A DNA stretch of 64,000 nt from Azolla caroliniana (Eukaryota > Plantae > Polypodiophyta): positions 14,384,001-14,448,000 of the forward strand of contig JBHGNT010000012.1 of the NCBI GenBank assembly GCA_043228905.1, in the 5' to 3' direction. How positions within the stretch are numbered: the first letter of the stretch is position 1; each line of letters starts with the position of its first letter. Below, piece after piece: positions 61,530 to 64,000 of the stretch. The notes beneath the pieces were generated by a model that was given only the letters and a program-made list of their open reading frames with translations, was not told the origin of the DNA and made no database searches. Made by a program: the position numbers and the translations under genes.

Positions 61530-64000
61530 TACTGAGAGGTTGATCTAGATTAGGTATATACGGGTGTTTTCCAAGTTAATAATATCAGTTCGGATCACTC
61601 TATTCTTTTCCACTTTGGTCATATTGAGATGGGGATAGTCCAAGCTATATTGGAATAGGGGTAGTGCATTTATACTCATCCCATGTGACTCGAACCATTG
61701 CTGCATTTCAGCATACCAACAATGAGTGTCTCCATTTTCAGCCAGTTGTCTTGATCACATAAGTGCCAACCTTGGGTACCTTCGTTTAGGGAACTCCCAA
61801 AGACGTTGGATAAATGTCACTGATCGGAACAACGCCTCGGTTATTATAGGTGTTGCTCCCATCTCTAACCGGATTATATCGTGGGGCACCGATGCTTTGC
61901 TCCTTATCATGCGAGCAATCATTGACACTAAAGGTCTCTCTAAATCTTTCCAATGATTTGCCTTGTTAAGACTCGGTCCCCATGTCTCTACTCCATAGAG
62001 AAGAGTTGGTGTGACAAGTGTATCAAATAACCATAGCTTAGTCTGTGGCTCGTGGAACTGCAAATGTGCACATTGTCTTTCAAGAGCACCAAGGGCTGCA
62101 TATCCATGAGAAAGTCGGGCACAAGTGGCCTCTTATAAGGAGAACCTAGGTCCTGTAAATGTTACTCCTAGGTATGTGTAGGAGCGTGTGTATTCCACCT
62201 TTTCCTCTCCCAAGAAGAATTTTGGTTCTGATCTTGTTACCCATGCTTGGGTGGTGTTAAACACCATCACTTTAGTTTTATTCATGTTGATTGACAAACC
62301 TTTGTCCGTACAAAATAGTTGTAAGGCATTTAGATGTCTTTCTAGTCCCTCCGGAGAGTCAGAAATCAGCACAATATCATCAACATATAGTAATATTTGT
62401 ATAGCTATACCTGCTAGGTGTGCTCCGGAACCACCAAATCTCTCTATGTACTGTGATACCTCATCTATATAGAGATCGAAGAGTGTGGGGGATAGTGGGC
62501 ATCCTTGATTCACGCCAATTGTGCTAGCCACCGCCTTTGACAAGCCCTTAAGAGACCGAACTTTTCTTGAAATAGATTCAAAGAGTGCATAGATTCCCCA
62601 TTGCATATCTATAGGAACACCAATGGCCTCTAGCCGCTGCATAAGCCAAGCACGTGGCACAGTGTCAAAGGCTTTTCGAAAATCCACAAAGCAACAATAA
62701 ATCCTCTTATTGTGGGCTCTGCCCTCCTCAATAAGGGCCCGGAGGGTGAATATGTGATCCAAAGTTGTGAAACCCTTCCGAAAGCTTGCCTGTCCAATTG
62801 AACGGCAGCCATTTTGCTCTGCCCATATACTCAATTCTGATAGTTTAGCCAAGTAATGGCCAAACATGATTGTCCTATAGTTGCTTGGCATCATGGGGTC
62901 TCCACTCTTGAGGATTGGCACAATGGTATGCTGAGTCCATCTAGTAGGAAAACCTTCGCACATGGCTCTATTAAATATGTGTGCTAGCAATGGGAGCAAG
63001 GTGTCACGGGCATAGATAAAGTGTTCACCCACCAATCCATCATGATCTTGGGCATTCCCAAATTGTAGCCTATCAATGGCATTTCTTACATTTTGTGGTG
63101 TAAAGAAGGTTCATTCATGTGGGCGTGAGGCATTCGGGTGGGGAAGAGGAGGTTGCCCCAGGATATCATATAGGACCTTTGCATATTCGTGCCACACCTG
63201 AGGTGAGGTCAGTTGTGTGGTGGGTTGCCTCTCATTAAAAAATTTCCATGCTCTTTTACTCTCTCGTCCTAGAAACAAGCGATACAAATGATCTTCAAAT
63301 TTAGCCAAATACAATCTCTTCTTCCTCCTTATGAGGCGTTGGAAGGTTGCTCTCGCTTGGTTGTGTGTATAAATGCCCCAAGTTACATCACATTACAAGC
63401 ATCTCCTTGTATCACGACATTCATCATCATACCAACTATTTTGTATTACTCTACCGAGTTTGGGGGGGTTAGCCGTTGTGTGAGGGAAGGCATTTGTGGC
63501 TGCTTTATGCAATGATTTGGATAAACCTTGGGTAAGTTCTTCAAGGGGTGCGAATGGATCCAAATCTAGCATGCCACTATATACACCACAACTATAGACA
63601 TCAATTGTCTCGCGTGTGAATAGATACCTAGCCAGCCCACTCTCCTTAGCATATACATCCTTTGTGCATCCATCCTTTACCTCAAAGCGTAGATATGCAT
63701 GATCAGCTCCCAAGCCAATAGGTCTTCCTGATATAGTGAACACTTTTATTTCAGGTATAAGAGATAGAGATCCCATTAGATAATCGGTTGTGCTTGTACC
63801 CCCTTTTGGGTTTCAACATGTCAAAGCATCTGATCTAGGCCATTGTAACAAGCCATTATATATCACAAGTTCATGCGCGCTTCCCAAGGCTAGAAAGTGT
63901 TTTCCGTATTCAGTTATAGCACTCATATCTTGAGCTTTTCTCTTTAGACCAACCTCTTCCGCCATAACTTCTCCATAGAAAGCCTCATCGGTGTTAAATA
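61530..64000 (-). mobile_element. RTE-like LINE (APE endonuclease end + RT), decayed, continues beyond the window
   Basis: DYLMGS..ADH (EN end), NYRTI, FVDFRKAFDTV, GVNQGCPLSPTLF, LLYVDD, YTYLG, LLYGVETW. Confidence 0.85.

Overview
Eukaryotic, repeat-saturated intergenic DNA with no intact host gene. It is probably from a non-seed land plant such as a fern; this is inferred from a Tcn1-like chromovirus, an endonuclease-less Penelope-like RT and (GA)n-rich LTRs. The window is a stack of nested retroelements, many with boundaries fixed by target-site duplications (TSDs). Left part: decayed Copia A (1-7353) contains a Tcn1-like chromovirus (1496-7207, TSD GGAAA). An LTR-like sequence then carries a Penelope-like RT lacking a GIY-YIG domain (7978-9243), followed by a strand-switching mosaic of LTR/gag/pol fragments (10361-12187). 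Centre: Copia B (13680-54497, TSD TGATC) hosts chromovirus C (13893-32136), which holds two near-identical, coding-intact inverted Copias (E, F) that appear to have flipped the DNA between them. B also hosts Copia G (34726-51601, TSD ACAAG), which holds an LTR-less Copia H with a hAT MITE and a near-intact chromovirus D (39760-46780, TSD CAGAT). Right part: plastidic glucose-transporter-like pseudogene fragments, tandem repeats, an L1-type LINE, an LTR and an RTE-like LINE. Most notable are the interstitial EN-less Penelope-like RT, five regularly spaced RNA hairpins in a probable leader intron of the C/D family, TG...TA LTR ends in that family, and self-priming, -1 frameshift and Pol III-box signals in the Tcn1-like element. 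All calls were made by eye; no database searches were run.
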